64,000 bases of DNA. Origin: Pedosphaera parvula Ellin514 (GTDB lineage: Bacteria > Verrucomicrobiota > Verrucomicrobiia > Limisphaerales > JADJPG01). Under the pieces are notes generated by a model. The model did no database searches and was not told the origin of the DNA. It worked only from the letters and a program-made list of their open reading frames with translations. Positions 54,949 through 62,927 of this stretch are shown here, one piece after another. Within the stretch, counting starts at the first letter, position 1; the number at the start of each line of letters is the position of its first letter. The position numbers and the translations under genes were made by a program. The DNA lies in contig CALQPR010000021.1 in NCBI GenBank assembly GCA_943332515.1, positions 9,737-73,736 of the forward strand, written 5' to 3'.

Positions 54949-55980
54949 TTAGTGGAGTGTCCGCATTCTCTTGCGCATGCGCGCCCGGATCAGGATGGCG
55001 ACGATGTTCAGCGCGAAGGTGAGCATCAGGAGCGCGAGCACGGTGGCGTAGAGGATGGGGCGAGTCTTTTCGATGTTTGGCGATTGGGTCGAGAGGATGA
55101 AAACGTGGTAACTGAGGTCCATGAACTGATCGTAGAGATGCGTGGGCAGCGTCGCCATGTAGTAGGCGGCACCAGTGAAGAGGATCGGGGCGACTTCGCC
55201 GGCGGCACGGCTGACGGAGAGGATTCCGCCGGTGAGTATGCCGGGCAGCGCCTGGGGCAGGACGATGCGGAGGATGGTTTCCAGCTTCGTGGCTCCGAGG
55301 GCGAGGCTGGCTTCACGCAGGCCGGGCGGGATTGCGCGGAGCGATTCTTCGGTCGCGACGATGACGACAGGGAGCGTCATGACCGCGAGCGTGAGGGATG
55401 CCCAGAGAATCGCCGGTTTGCCCCAGACCGGTTCGGCGTTCACCGGATTGAAGAGTGCGTCCATGCTGCCGCCGACGTAGTTGATGAAGAATCCCAGGCC
55501 GAACAGCCCGAAGACAATGGAGGGTACGCCCGCCAGATTGTTCACGGCACCGCGAATGATGCGGGTGTACAGGCTGGTGGAGTGCGCGTATTCGGTGAGG
55601 TAGATGGCGGTGATGACGCCAATCGGGATGACGAAGATGGTCATCAAGATCACGCGGGCCGCTGTCCCCAGGATCATGGGAAGGATGCCGGCCTTGTTCA
55701 CATCGAACATGTCCTTCTCGGTGCCGCTGGTAATGAAGCGCCACGTGAGACCGGGAAGACCGTTGAAGATGATGTTGCCGAGGATGACGGCGAGCAGCGC
55801 CAGAATGAGGAACGTGGCGAATCCGGTAAGTCCGGTGAAGAACTTCGAATCCAGACCGAGTGTCGTGGATTGAAAGGTCCACGGCACGGCGTCCTGTTTG
55901 GCGATGAGCAGCTTCCAGCGGCGGCGGCGTTGGAGCGCCGATTCAAAGGGGGCCTCGGGTGGTGGAGATTTCGGTGGCAT
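54949..55980 (-). CDS. pstA: Phosphate ABC transporter permease PstA
   Basis: It carries the EAA-loop context REASLALGATKLETILRIVLPQALPGILTG. It sits between pstC and pstB. Its start shares one nucleotide with the pstC stop (TGATG). Confidence 0.9.
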   Translation of the reverse strand: MPPKSPPPEAPFESALQRRRRWKLLIAKQDAVPWTFQSTTLGLDSKFFTGLTGFATFLILALLAVILGNIIFNGLPGLTWRFITSGTEKDMFDVNKAGILPMILGTAARVILMTIFVIPIGVITAIYLTEYAHSTSLYTRIIRGAVNNLAGVPSIVFGLFGLGFFINYVGGSMDALFNPVNAEPVWGKPAILWASLTLAVMTLPVVIVATEESLRAIPPGLREASLALGATKLETILRIVLPQALPGILTGGILSVSRAAGEVAPILFTGAAYYMATLPTHLYDQFMDLSYHVFILSTQSPNIEKTRPILYATVLALLMLTFALNIVAILIRARMRKRMRTLH

Positions 55981-57149
55981 CAGGCTTTGCCTTCCAGCTT
56001 GGCTTTGAGCCGGTGGATGACGATGTCGGCGACCATGTTTGAGAGGAACGTGACGATGAAGAGGAGCGCGCCGATGAGGAACAAAATCCGATAGTGATGC
56101 CCGCCGAACACGGTTTCCGCGAGTTCAGCCGCAATCGTGGCCGTCATGCTGCGTGTTGAATCGAAGAGGCTTCCGGAGACGATGCTGGCATTGCCGCTGG
56201 CCATCAGGACCACCATCGTCTCACCGATGGCGCGTCCAAATCCGAGCACGACGGCGGCAAAGACTCCGGGAATGGCGGCGGGCAGGACGATTTTCCAAGC
56301 AGCCTGCCACTTGGAGGATCCAAGCGCGAGAGCGGCCTGGGTAAAGGAGCGGGGGACGCTGGTCAGAGCGTCCTCGGCGATGGAGAAGACCACCGGGATG
56401 ACCGCCAGCGCCAGCGCGATGCCGGCGACGAAGGCGTTGAGGCGGGATTGGTAGCCGAACACTGCCTGCATCACGCTAGCCATGACGAGGAGCGCGAAGA
56501 ATCCGAGAACGACGGAGGGAATGCCGGCCAGCAGTTCAATCGCCGGCTTGAGCCATTCCTTCGTCTTGGGGTCGGCGAGTTGTGAAACGTAAATTGCCGC
56601 CGCGAGGGCAAGCGGTACCGCGAACAGCAGCGCGATGAGCGTGGTTTTGAGGCTGCCGATGATGAGGGGCACGAGATTGTATTTGTGAATCTGTGAGATG
56701 GGCTGCCAGATGTATTCGGGTTGATCGTAGCCGGTCCATTGATGGGGCTTGAACAGCATGCTCCAAGTGGTGGTGTTAAGCGGCGCGTCCTTGTCGTTCG
56801 GAGCTTCGGCGGCGGCTTCGACCTTCACCAGCATGAGATCCTTCAAGGTCTCCTTGTCCATCTGGGCGAACTGTTTCGGGGTCAGTTCGAGATACTCCAT
56901 CAGCTCCGTCCGGCTCAGCTTCTCCATCTGGTCGGGGGCGATCGTCTTTTTGACGAGAGAGCTGTTCGTCTGGCCGAGGGCGACGGGCAGGGCTTCGCGC
57001 GCCACGAACAGGAAGATCAGGAAGACCATCACGATCGCGGAGAGCGAAACCATGAAGATGAACTTCTCGACGATCCATTCGATCGGGCGGGCGCGGTGGC
57101 CGCGCTTCAAGCCCATCCAACCAACACTGCGTTTGTCTTGCTTGACCAT
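55980..57149 (-). CDS. pstC: Phosphate ABC transporter permease PstC (with an extended periplasmic N-terminal loop)
   Basis: It has the motif TQAALALGSSKWQAAWKIVLPAAIPGVFAA and multiple TM segments. Its operon position fits pstC. Confidence 0.9.
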   Translation of the reverse strand: MVKQDKRSVGWMGLKRGHRARPIEWIVEKFIFMVSLSAIVMVFLIFLFVAREALPVALGQTNSSLVKKTIAPDQMEKLSRTELMEYLELTPKQFAQMDKETLKDLMLVKVEAAAEAPNDKDAPLNTTTWSMLFKPHQWTGYDQPEYIWQPISQIHKYNLVPLIIGSLKTTLIALLFAVPLALAAAIYVSQLADPKTKEWLKPAIELLAGIPSVVLGFFALLVMASVMQAVFGYQSRLNAFVAGIALALAVIPVVFSIAEDALTSVPRSFTQAALALGSSKWQAAWKIVLPAAIPGVFAAVVLGFGRAIGETMVVLMASGNASIVSGSLFDSTRSMTATIAAELAETVFGGHHYRILFLIGALLFIVTFLSNMVADIVIHRLKAKLEGKA

Positions 57150-57243
57150 TTGTAGTGAATGCTGAGTATCGGTTTAATTGCGGGACACTCGGCAGCGGTA
57201 ATGTTCGGTGATCTCAGTGGCGGTCGGGATTCATCTCGAGGAA

Positions 57244-57274
57244 GGCGGGAACCAAGGTTCGCGTGGTTCCCGCC
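57244..57274 (-). terminator. Strong intercistronic hairpin between pstS and pstC (attenuator or mRNA-stability element)
   Basis: GGCGGGAACCA (57244-57254) and TGGTTCCCGCC (57264-57274) form a perfect 11-bp stem with a 9-nt loop. No U-tract follows on the minus strand. Confidence 0.45.
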
Positions 57275-57321
57275 TCGCCGTGCTTTTCATGCCCGACTGA
57301 AGGGGCATGGTCCTGACGCAA

Positions 57322-58182
57322 TTATTCGCGGAGATGTTTCGGCAGCGGGAAGTAGCCGACTTCTTTGACGACTTTTTGGCCTTCGTCGCCGCGGATCCAA
57401 GTGAGGTAGGAGGCGATCTCACCTTTGTCCAAAGCAGGATTCACATATACAAAGAGATAGCGCCAAATGGGGTAGATGCCTTTGACGACATTTTCTTCGG
57501 TGGGATCAATGGCGGGCGAATTATCAGTCTTCTTGATTGCGAGATGCTTCGCGCCAGCACCGTAGGCGGCACCGCCGTAACCGATCCCGTTTTTGTCTTT
57601 GGCTACGGCCTGGAGGACCGCTGCGGTGCCCGGCATGGTCTGGGCGCTGGCCGCAAAGTCTTTTCCTTGCAGGACGTTTTCTTTGAAGAACTCGTAAGTG
57701 CCCGAACTGTTCTCGCGGCTGTACACCGTGATGGGCGCATCATTCCCACCGAGCTCTTTCCAGTTCTTGATCTTGCCGGTGAAGATCAAAAGCAACTGCT
57801 CCATTGAAAGTTCCTTCAACGGGTTCTCGGCGGCGACATACACGGAAAGTCCATCGAGGCAGACCTTGTATTCCGTCGGGCGCTTGCCGAATGCCTTGAT
57901 GCATTCGGCGATCTCGGCGGCCCGAATTTTGCGTGATGCATTGCAGAGGTCGGTGGTCTGGTTCTGGAGCGCCGCAAAGCCAGTTCCGGTGCCGCCTCCG
58001 GTGACCTGGATCTTTACCTCGCCTTTCTGGTTCATGTAAATCTCCGCCCACTTCTGCGCCTGGACGACGAGCGTGTCCGAGCCCTTGACGGTAATCTTGG
58101 TAGGGCTTCCGGCGAAAGCGGTGGTGGCAATGAGAACGCTGGTAGCGGCGCTGAGAATGATTTTGTTCAGTGCAGTTTTCAT
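57322..58182 (-). CDS. pstS: Phosphate-binding protein PstS (PBP-like domain)
   Basis: The signal peptide is MKTALNKIILSAATSVLIATTAFAG. Motifs are ITVKGSDTL and GGGTGTGFAAL, then SRENSSGT. It lies directly upstream of pstCAB. Confidence 0.85.
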   Translation of the reverse strand: MKTALNKIILSAATSVLIATTAFAGSPTKITVKGSDTLVVQAQKWAEIYMNQKGEVKIQVTGGGTGTGFAALQNQTTDLCNASRKIRAAEIAECIKAFGKRPTEYKVCLDGLSVYVAAENPLKELSMEQLLLIFTGKIKNWKELGGNDAPITVYSRENSSGTYEFFKENVLQGKDFAASAQTMPGTAAVLQAVAKDKNGIGYGGAAYGAGAKHLAIKKTDNSPAIDPTEENVVKGIYPIWRYLFVYVNPALDKGEIASYLTWIRGDEGQKVVKEVGYFPLPKHLRE

Positions 58183-58232
58183 GGTGTCTGTGGTTGATTC
58201 GTTTGCTTCGGCTTCAAAATTAAGGCCGCGAT

Positions 58233-58272
58233 GTTACAGCCGTTCGTCGTAAACGTGACGATCGTGCGACGA
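58233..58272 (-). promoter_or_regulatory. Pho-box-like 11-bp-phased heptamers upstream of pstS
   Basis: The minus strand reads TCGTCGC-acga-TCGTCAC-gttt-ACGACGA-acgg-CTGTAAC. It lies 51-90 nt upstream of the pstS ATG at 58182. Confidence 0.35.
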
Positions 58273-58488
58273 TTCGAGTGTGGCTATGCGTCGCTGCCAT
58301 GATCTCAAACGTCTTCGGAATGCTCCATTGCCAATGGCGAATGGGCGGTGTGCAACCAGTGGGTTGCCTCCATGGAAGCGGTGGTGCCGTGCCGGCGAGA
58401 CGATCTGATGACAAAACAAAACCCGGTCTCGCACATGGCGAGACCGGGCTCGGGAGACGCGGGAGAATGAATCCGTGCGCCGGAACTT

Positions 58489-59868
58489 TTAGAACTTCCA
58501 AACCGCATCCACCTGGAGGCGTGTCATGTCGCTTTCGCTGGCGGCAGGAATCTCGTTGATGAGGCGGGTTCTTAAGTAGGTGATGCCAAGGGTGAGTGCA
58601 TCGAATGGCGTGTAGCTTGCCTTGGCGATATGGCCGCGAACGTTGGTGCCAGACCCGTATCCCGCCCCGGATCCGCCGTTGGGAAGCGTGCCTTGGTAGA
58701 AGGCTCCGAAGTCGGAATCGACCATCTCCTCGTACCAGGCATCGCCGCCGAGGTACTTGTAGCGGTAGGATACTTCCCAGAGACCCTTTTTGCCTGATTT
58801 GCCGAATGTGATTCCGGCGGACCATGCCTGCTCGCGTTCGCGGGCGGCGACGTTGTTCATGTAATCGGCCGCGAACTTGATGGGAAAGGGCGAGGCATAA
58901 ATCATCGGGATTCCATCCTCGAACGAGTAGGTCACGGAGGCATCAGCGATGACGGGGTTGTAGTTGTTCGCAAGCGCGCCTGTTCCGGCGTTGCGTGTAT
59001 TGCCGCGGTTGATTGCGGGCACGGCACCGTTGGTCAGCGATTGTTCGTTCACCAGATTGAGCCCGGCGAGGCCCATGGAGCTGGCGATCTTTTTGCTCCA
59101 AGCAGCGTCCCAGCGAAGCTGTGCGCCATACATCCAGGGATCCTTGCTGTCGCCACCGAGTTCATCGAGGACGAATGCGCCGGCATTCAGCTTCAAGGTA
59201 TGCACATCGTTTGCGCGGAAGGTGAGGTTATATCCGGCACCCTCTGGCGTGTAGTCACCGTCGAAGACCATGTCCGAGAAGACGAATGGATTCTCCATCT
59301 TGCCGATGGTGATCGATTCGGTCAGCGCCTTGGTGTTGATGAAACTCCACTTGCCGTAGGCCATGTCGAGGTAGATGAACTTCTTGGAGGCGTTGTCCTG
59401 AAAGGATGTGTTGCCGGAGATGGGATCGCCGCCCACGGTGCCAGTGGGCTCGCTCGAAGTGAGTCGCAATCCGACCTCGAAATTGTCTTTGATGGTTGCT
59501 ACCACGCCCAGGCGGAGGCGATAACGAAAGCGACTGCGGTCCACAAAGAAGTTGTTGTTCGCGAGGCCGTCATTGCCCAGATCGCTGTTATTGCCGCTGC
59601 TGAAGTGTTCGTAGCGGCCGCGGAAGTCCCCGTTAATCTTCAGGGAGCTGACCCAGTCGGGCATGCCGCTTTTGACCTGATAGGCTTTTCGGAATCCGGC
59701 GTCTGCCTCGTCGCGCAGTTCGTTGGCTTCCTTGACGGAGAGGACGCCCTTGTCAACGAGCTTGTCGAGCAAGGCGTCGGCGGATTGCGCGTGGGCGGTG
59801 TTGCCGTAGAGAGCGACAGCGACCGTGCTGGCCGCCATGGCTGCGAACCTTAGGTGAGTTAGTTTCAT
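58489..59868 (-). CDS. Outer-membrane porin (putative phosphate-selective), first gene of the pst cluster
   Basis: The ATG at 59868 gives the signal peptide MKLTHLRFAAMAASTVAVALYGNTAHAQ. An N-terminal coiled segment (LLDKLVDKGVLSVKEANELRDE) is followed by alternating beta-strand-like sequence ending in ...DAVWKF, with a terminal Phe. Confidence 0.7.
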   Translation of the reverse strand: MKLTHLRFAAMAASTVAVALYGNTAHAQSADALLDKLVDKGVLSVKEANELRDEADAGFRKAYQVKSGMPDWVSSLKINGDFRGRYEHFSSGNNSDLGNDGLANNNFFVDRSRFRYRLRLGVVATIKDNFEVGLRLTSSEPTGTVGGDPISGNTSFQDNASKKFIYLDMAYGKWSFINTKALTESITIGKMENPFVFSDMVFDGDYTPEGAGYNLTFRANDVHTLKLNAGAFVLDELGGDSKDPWMYGAQLRWDAAWSKKIASSMGLAGLNLVNEQSLTNGAVPAINRGNTRNAGTGALANNYNPVIADASVTYSFEDGIPMIYASPFPIKFAADYMNNVAAREREQAWSAGITFGKSGKKGLWEVSYRYKYLGGDAWYEEMVDSDFGAFYQGTLPNGGSGAGYGSGTNVRGHIAKASYTPFDALTLGITYLRTRLINEIPAASESDMTRLQVDAVWKF

Positions 59869-59917
59869 AGATATCTGTGCGGTATCAGGTGTTCGCATGG
59901 CACGCTAGGGAGGTAGA

Positions 59918-59957
59918 GTGACGGGTAAATGGCGAAATTGTTACGAAATGGAAACGA
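59918..59957 (-). promoter_or_regulatory. Four Pho-box-like 11-bp-phased heptamers upstream of the porin-pst operon
   Basis: The minus strand reads TCGTTTC-catt-TCGTAAC-aatt-TCGCCAT-ttac-CCGTCAC. It ends 49 nt upstream of the porin ATG. Confidence 0.4.
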
Positions 59958-60435
59958 AATTGCGTTGGAGGGCTGACGAAGTTTGGTGGCGATGAAGCGT
60001 ATCGGGCAAATCTTTCGCCTGATCGAGCTTCGGGTCTGGCTCCACCGGCACCACACAGGCGTGGGAGGGTCCAGGTTGCGAAGAGGTCATGTCAGGCAGT
60101 CGGAATTGGGTCACTTTGCTGTCATCGAGTCAGAACGGTCTCGCCCGGTGTGATTTCCAGCAACTTCCTTCGTTCTCGTTTTCGGTTCAGTGCGATTGTT
60201 CTTAATTTCATCGGCCTGTTATCGGTGCGTTCCGCTTCGGCATTAGTGAAAAAAAGGGAGAATGGTTTTCCAATCCAACGCGGGTCTCACCAAAGACCAA
60301 AGCGTCCATGAGTAAACGTGGGATGAGACCTTTGATCGTTGCGGGTCGGCGGGCATTCCCGATGGCAGTTGATTGTATTGGATGGTCTCCGCGCCCAACG
60401 AGCAATGAGGTGTGGCGGTGAGTGATTTCTGACGG

Positions 60436-60464
60436 TCGTCACGGAATCGTCACTGTAATGTCGC
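60436..60464 (+). promoter_or_regulatory. Three Pho-box-like 11-bp-phased heptamers upstream of the AraC-exbBD-receptor cluster
   Basis: TCGTCAC (60436-60442)-ggaa-TCGTCAC (60447-60453)-tgta-ATGTCGC (60458-60464). It ends 47 nt upstream of the ATG at 60512. Confidence 0.4.
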
Positions 60465-60511
60465 GACACTGACGAGTTCGTGTAACAAGCCGATGCCAGC
60501 GTGTCGGCCTA

Positions 60512-61426
60512 ATGAAGTATCAGAGCCATCTGGCGCTTGATGAACAGAATATTCAGCCCTCCGGCGAGTGGGAGGCTCCTGCCAACTGCTGGTGCTTCGT
60601 CCGCGTGGCCGAGGGGCAGGGCTACTGGCTGGGGCACGGCGAGGTGCGTGAATTGAACCCTGGAGATGTCCTGTCATTGCTGCCTGCGCGGCTTGGATTG
60701 TTTCGTGCCAGTCAATTGAGCGCGGTGCGCCTGTTTTACTTTCGCTTTTGCCCAGACTTGATGAGCGGGCTGCTGACGATGGCGGAGAGGCAGTGCTTCG
60801 ACCGCCTCGCCTTGCAGCCAGCGCTGGCTGTCGGATTCCTGCCATCCACTCACCCGATCGCCATTCAATTTGCGGCGCTATGCGAGAATGCCGAGACGCA
60901 GAACGGATTGCTGTTGCGCTGCCAGATGCTGGAGCTGGTGGGCCGGATTTTTGCGCGTGAGCTGGCACCGCCGGCCAAGTCGGAGGCTCTCACCCTCTCG
61001 GCGACGAAACGAATCAAGGTTCTGCTCGAGCATCTGACCGAGGAGGAGTTTCTGAACGCGTCCCTGCACGAACTGGCCGCCTACTGTGGGTGCAGCGCGC
61101 GTCACTTCAGCCGCCTTTTCCTTCAACACTTCAACGTTTCGCTGCGATCGCGGCAGACGGAGATGCGCCTGCTCAAGGCCCGGCGTCTCCTTTCGGAAAC
61201 GGATTCGCGCGTGATGACGGTTGCTGCGTCCTGCGGCTACCGGCACTTGGGGGTGTTCAATGCGCTTTTCAAAAAGCGCTTCTCGATGACGCCCACCGAA
61301 TGGCGGCGCACGGCGGAGACGACATCGCACAGCAATGGCTGTGTTTCCAGCGAGCTTCCGGCCTCCGTCAGGTCTTCTGGCCGAAAACAATCATCCGGTA
61401 ACGGCTCCGTCGTGACGGAAAAGTAA
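60512..61426 (+). CDS. AraC-family transcriptional regulator (cupin-like N-terminal domain)
   Basis: The C-terminal AraC HTH has LHELAAYCGCSARHFSRLFLQHFNVS...VAASCGYRHLGVFNALFKKRFSMTPTEWR. Confidence 0.8.
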   Translation: MKYQSHLALDEQNIQPSGEWEAPANCWCFVRVAEGQGYWLGHGEVRELNPGDVLSLLPARLGLFRASQLSAVRLFYFRFCPDLMSGLLTMAERQCFDRLALQPALAVGFLPSTHPIAIQFAALCENAETQNGLLLRCQMLELVGRIFARELAPPAKSEALTLSATKRIKVLLEHLTEEEFLNASLHELAAYCGCSARHFSRLFLQHFNVSLRSRQTEMRLLKARRLLSETDSRVMTVAASCGYRHLGVFNALFKKRFSMTPTEWRRTAETTSHSNGCVSSELPASVRSSGRKQSSGNGSVVTEK

Positions 61427-61518
61427 CCGGCCCGTCATGTTTCCGACATCTGGTCTGCATAGCGTTGGAGGCATCTAGCAATGCAACGATAACGACACAC
61501 AGCCATTAACTGACATCT

Positions 61519-62385
61519 ATGGAACACCTCATCTTCTCCCCTCTGCTGGCGAACGCTTTCAAGTTCGCCATCGATAAGGCCACGCTGGAAGGCAAGCTCA
61601 CCATCGGCTTGCTGGTCCTGGTCTCGCTTGTCAGCTGGACGGTCATCATCAGCAAGGCCCGCCAGCTCTATCTTGCGACCAAGATGTCGAAGAAGTTCTA
61701 CACCGCGTATCGCTCGACGCGTGATCCGATGGAGATCTTTAACAAGAGCGGTGAATATTCCGGGTCCCCTGCCTACGAGGTGTATTTCGGCGGCGCGGAG
61801 GAACTGGTTTATCATCTCAAGAACAATCCCGTCACCGTGGTGAAGGTGAAATCCGTCAGCGCTGATGCCAACCTCCCCGAGGCGGTGCGCAATGCGCAGA
61901 CAGATTTTCTGGCCCGCACGACAGTCACCAAGATTACCAATGCCTCATTTGAATCCGTCAAGGTGGCGCTCGAACGCGGCGTCAGTACCCAGGCCATCTC
62001 GCTTGAAAAGGGGATGATCATTCTGACCACGGCGGTGGCGGGTGGTCCCTTCATCGGTCTGCTGGGAACGGTCTGGGGCGTCATGGAAACCTTCTCCGGC
62101 ATCGCCATCAAACAGGCGGCGAGTCTCACGGCGATGGCACCCGGTGTCGCCGGCGCGCTCATCGCCACGGTCGTAGGGCTGTTCGTCGCCATCCCGGCGA
62201 TGTTCGCCTACAACTACATGGTCACCATGATCCGCTCGCTTACCCAGGAGCTGGATAACTTCGTCACGGAATTCGCCACCTCCATCGAGCACGCCTACGT
62301 GGACAACCGCCCGATGTCGGAGGAAATCGCGGACGCCCTCAAGCGGATGCGCGCGGAAGAGAAAGACCAGGCGGCAGTCGTTTGA
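61519..62385 (+). CDS. exbB: MotA/TolQ/ExbB-family proton channel protein
   Basis: The C-terminal core is GGPFIGLLGTVWGVMETFSGIA...MAPGVAGALIATVVGLFVAIPAMFAYNY. An exbD-like gene follows. Confidence 0.85.
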   Translation: MEHLIFSPLLANAFKFAIDKATLEGKLTIGLLVLVSLVSWTVIISKARQLYLATKMSKKFYTAYRSTRDPMEIFNKSGEYSGSPAYEVYFGGAEELVYHLKNNPVTVVKVKSVSADANLPEAVRNAQTDFLARTTVTKITNASFESVKVALERGVSTQAISLEKGMIILTTAVAGGPFIGLLGTVWGVMETFSGIAIKQAASLTAMAPGVAGALIATVVGLFVAIPAMFAYNYMVTMIRSLTQELDNFVTEFATSIEHAYVDNRPMSEEIADALKRMRAEEKDQAAVV

Positions 62386-62422
62386 GCCGGACTGTTTCCA
62401 CTTCATACCGCCGCATTGACGC

Positions 62423-62836
62423 ATGAAAAAGTATTCAGCCAACAAGCAGCACGAGCTGACCGAGTTGAACATCACTCCGTTGCTCGATCTCGCGTTCGTG
62501 CTGCTGGTCATCTTCATCCTCACCACGGCGCCGCCGGTGAACGACATGGACATCACGCTTCCCACCGCCGGGGCGCGTCCAAAGGATTCCGCGGCCAAGG
62601 CCAACTACGTGACGGTGGACAACTCGGGAAAGATTTTCCTGAACGCCGTGGAGATGACCGAGGATCAGCTCCTCACCACGCTGGTGCAGTTCCGCAAGGA
62701 CGATCCGGACTTGAACGTGGTGGTGCGCGGCGACAGCCGCATCGCTTACCAGAAAATCGTCGGCGTGCTCGACGTGCTGATCTCCGCCAACATTTCCAAG
62801 GTCGGCCTTGCGACTGAGGGAAGCGGATCCAAGTAA
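62423..62836 (+). CDS. exbD: ExbD/TolR-family biopolymer transport protein
   Basis: The N-terminus is ELNITPLLDLAFVLLVIFILTT. A later segment reads VVVRGDSRIAYQKIVGVLDVL. Length is 137 aa. Confidence 0.85.
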   Translation: MKKYSANKQHELTELNITPLLDLAFVLLVIFILTTAPPVNDMDITLPTAGARPKDSAAKANYVTVDNSGKIFLNAVEMTEDQLLTTLVQFRKDDPDLNVVVRGDSRIAYQKIVGVLDVLISANISKVGLATEGSGSK

Positions 62837-62927
62837 GAATCTCCACTCACCTCCTTTCTGAAATCGGGAAACCCGTAAGGCTCCTGACCGAATCGATCTA
62901 ACTCGCCGCTGTCGGCGAAACGCCACG

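Noticed and set aside
54373-56094. 573-aa plus-strand ORF across pstB/pstA/pstC
   Set aside because: It is antisense to three genes with unmistakable Pst motifs. Its composition is low-complexity (Gly/Asp/Glu/Arg-rich).
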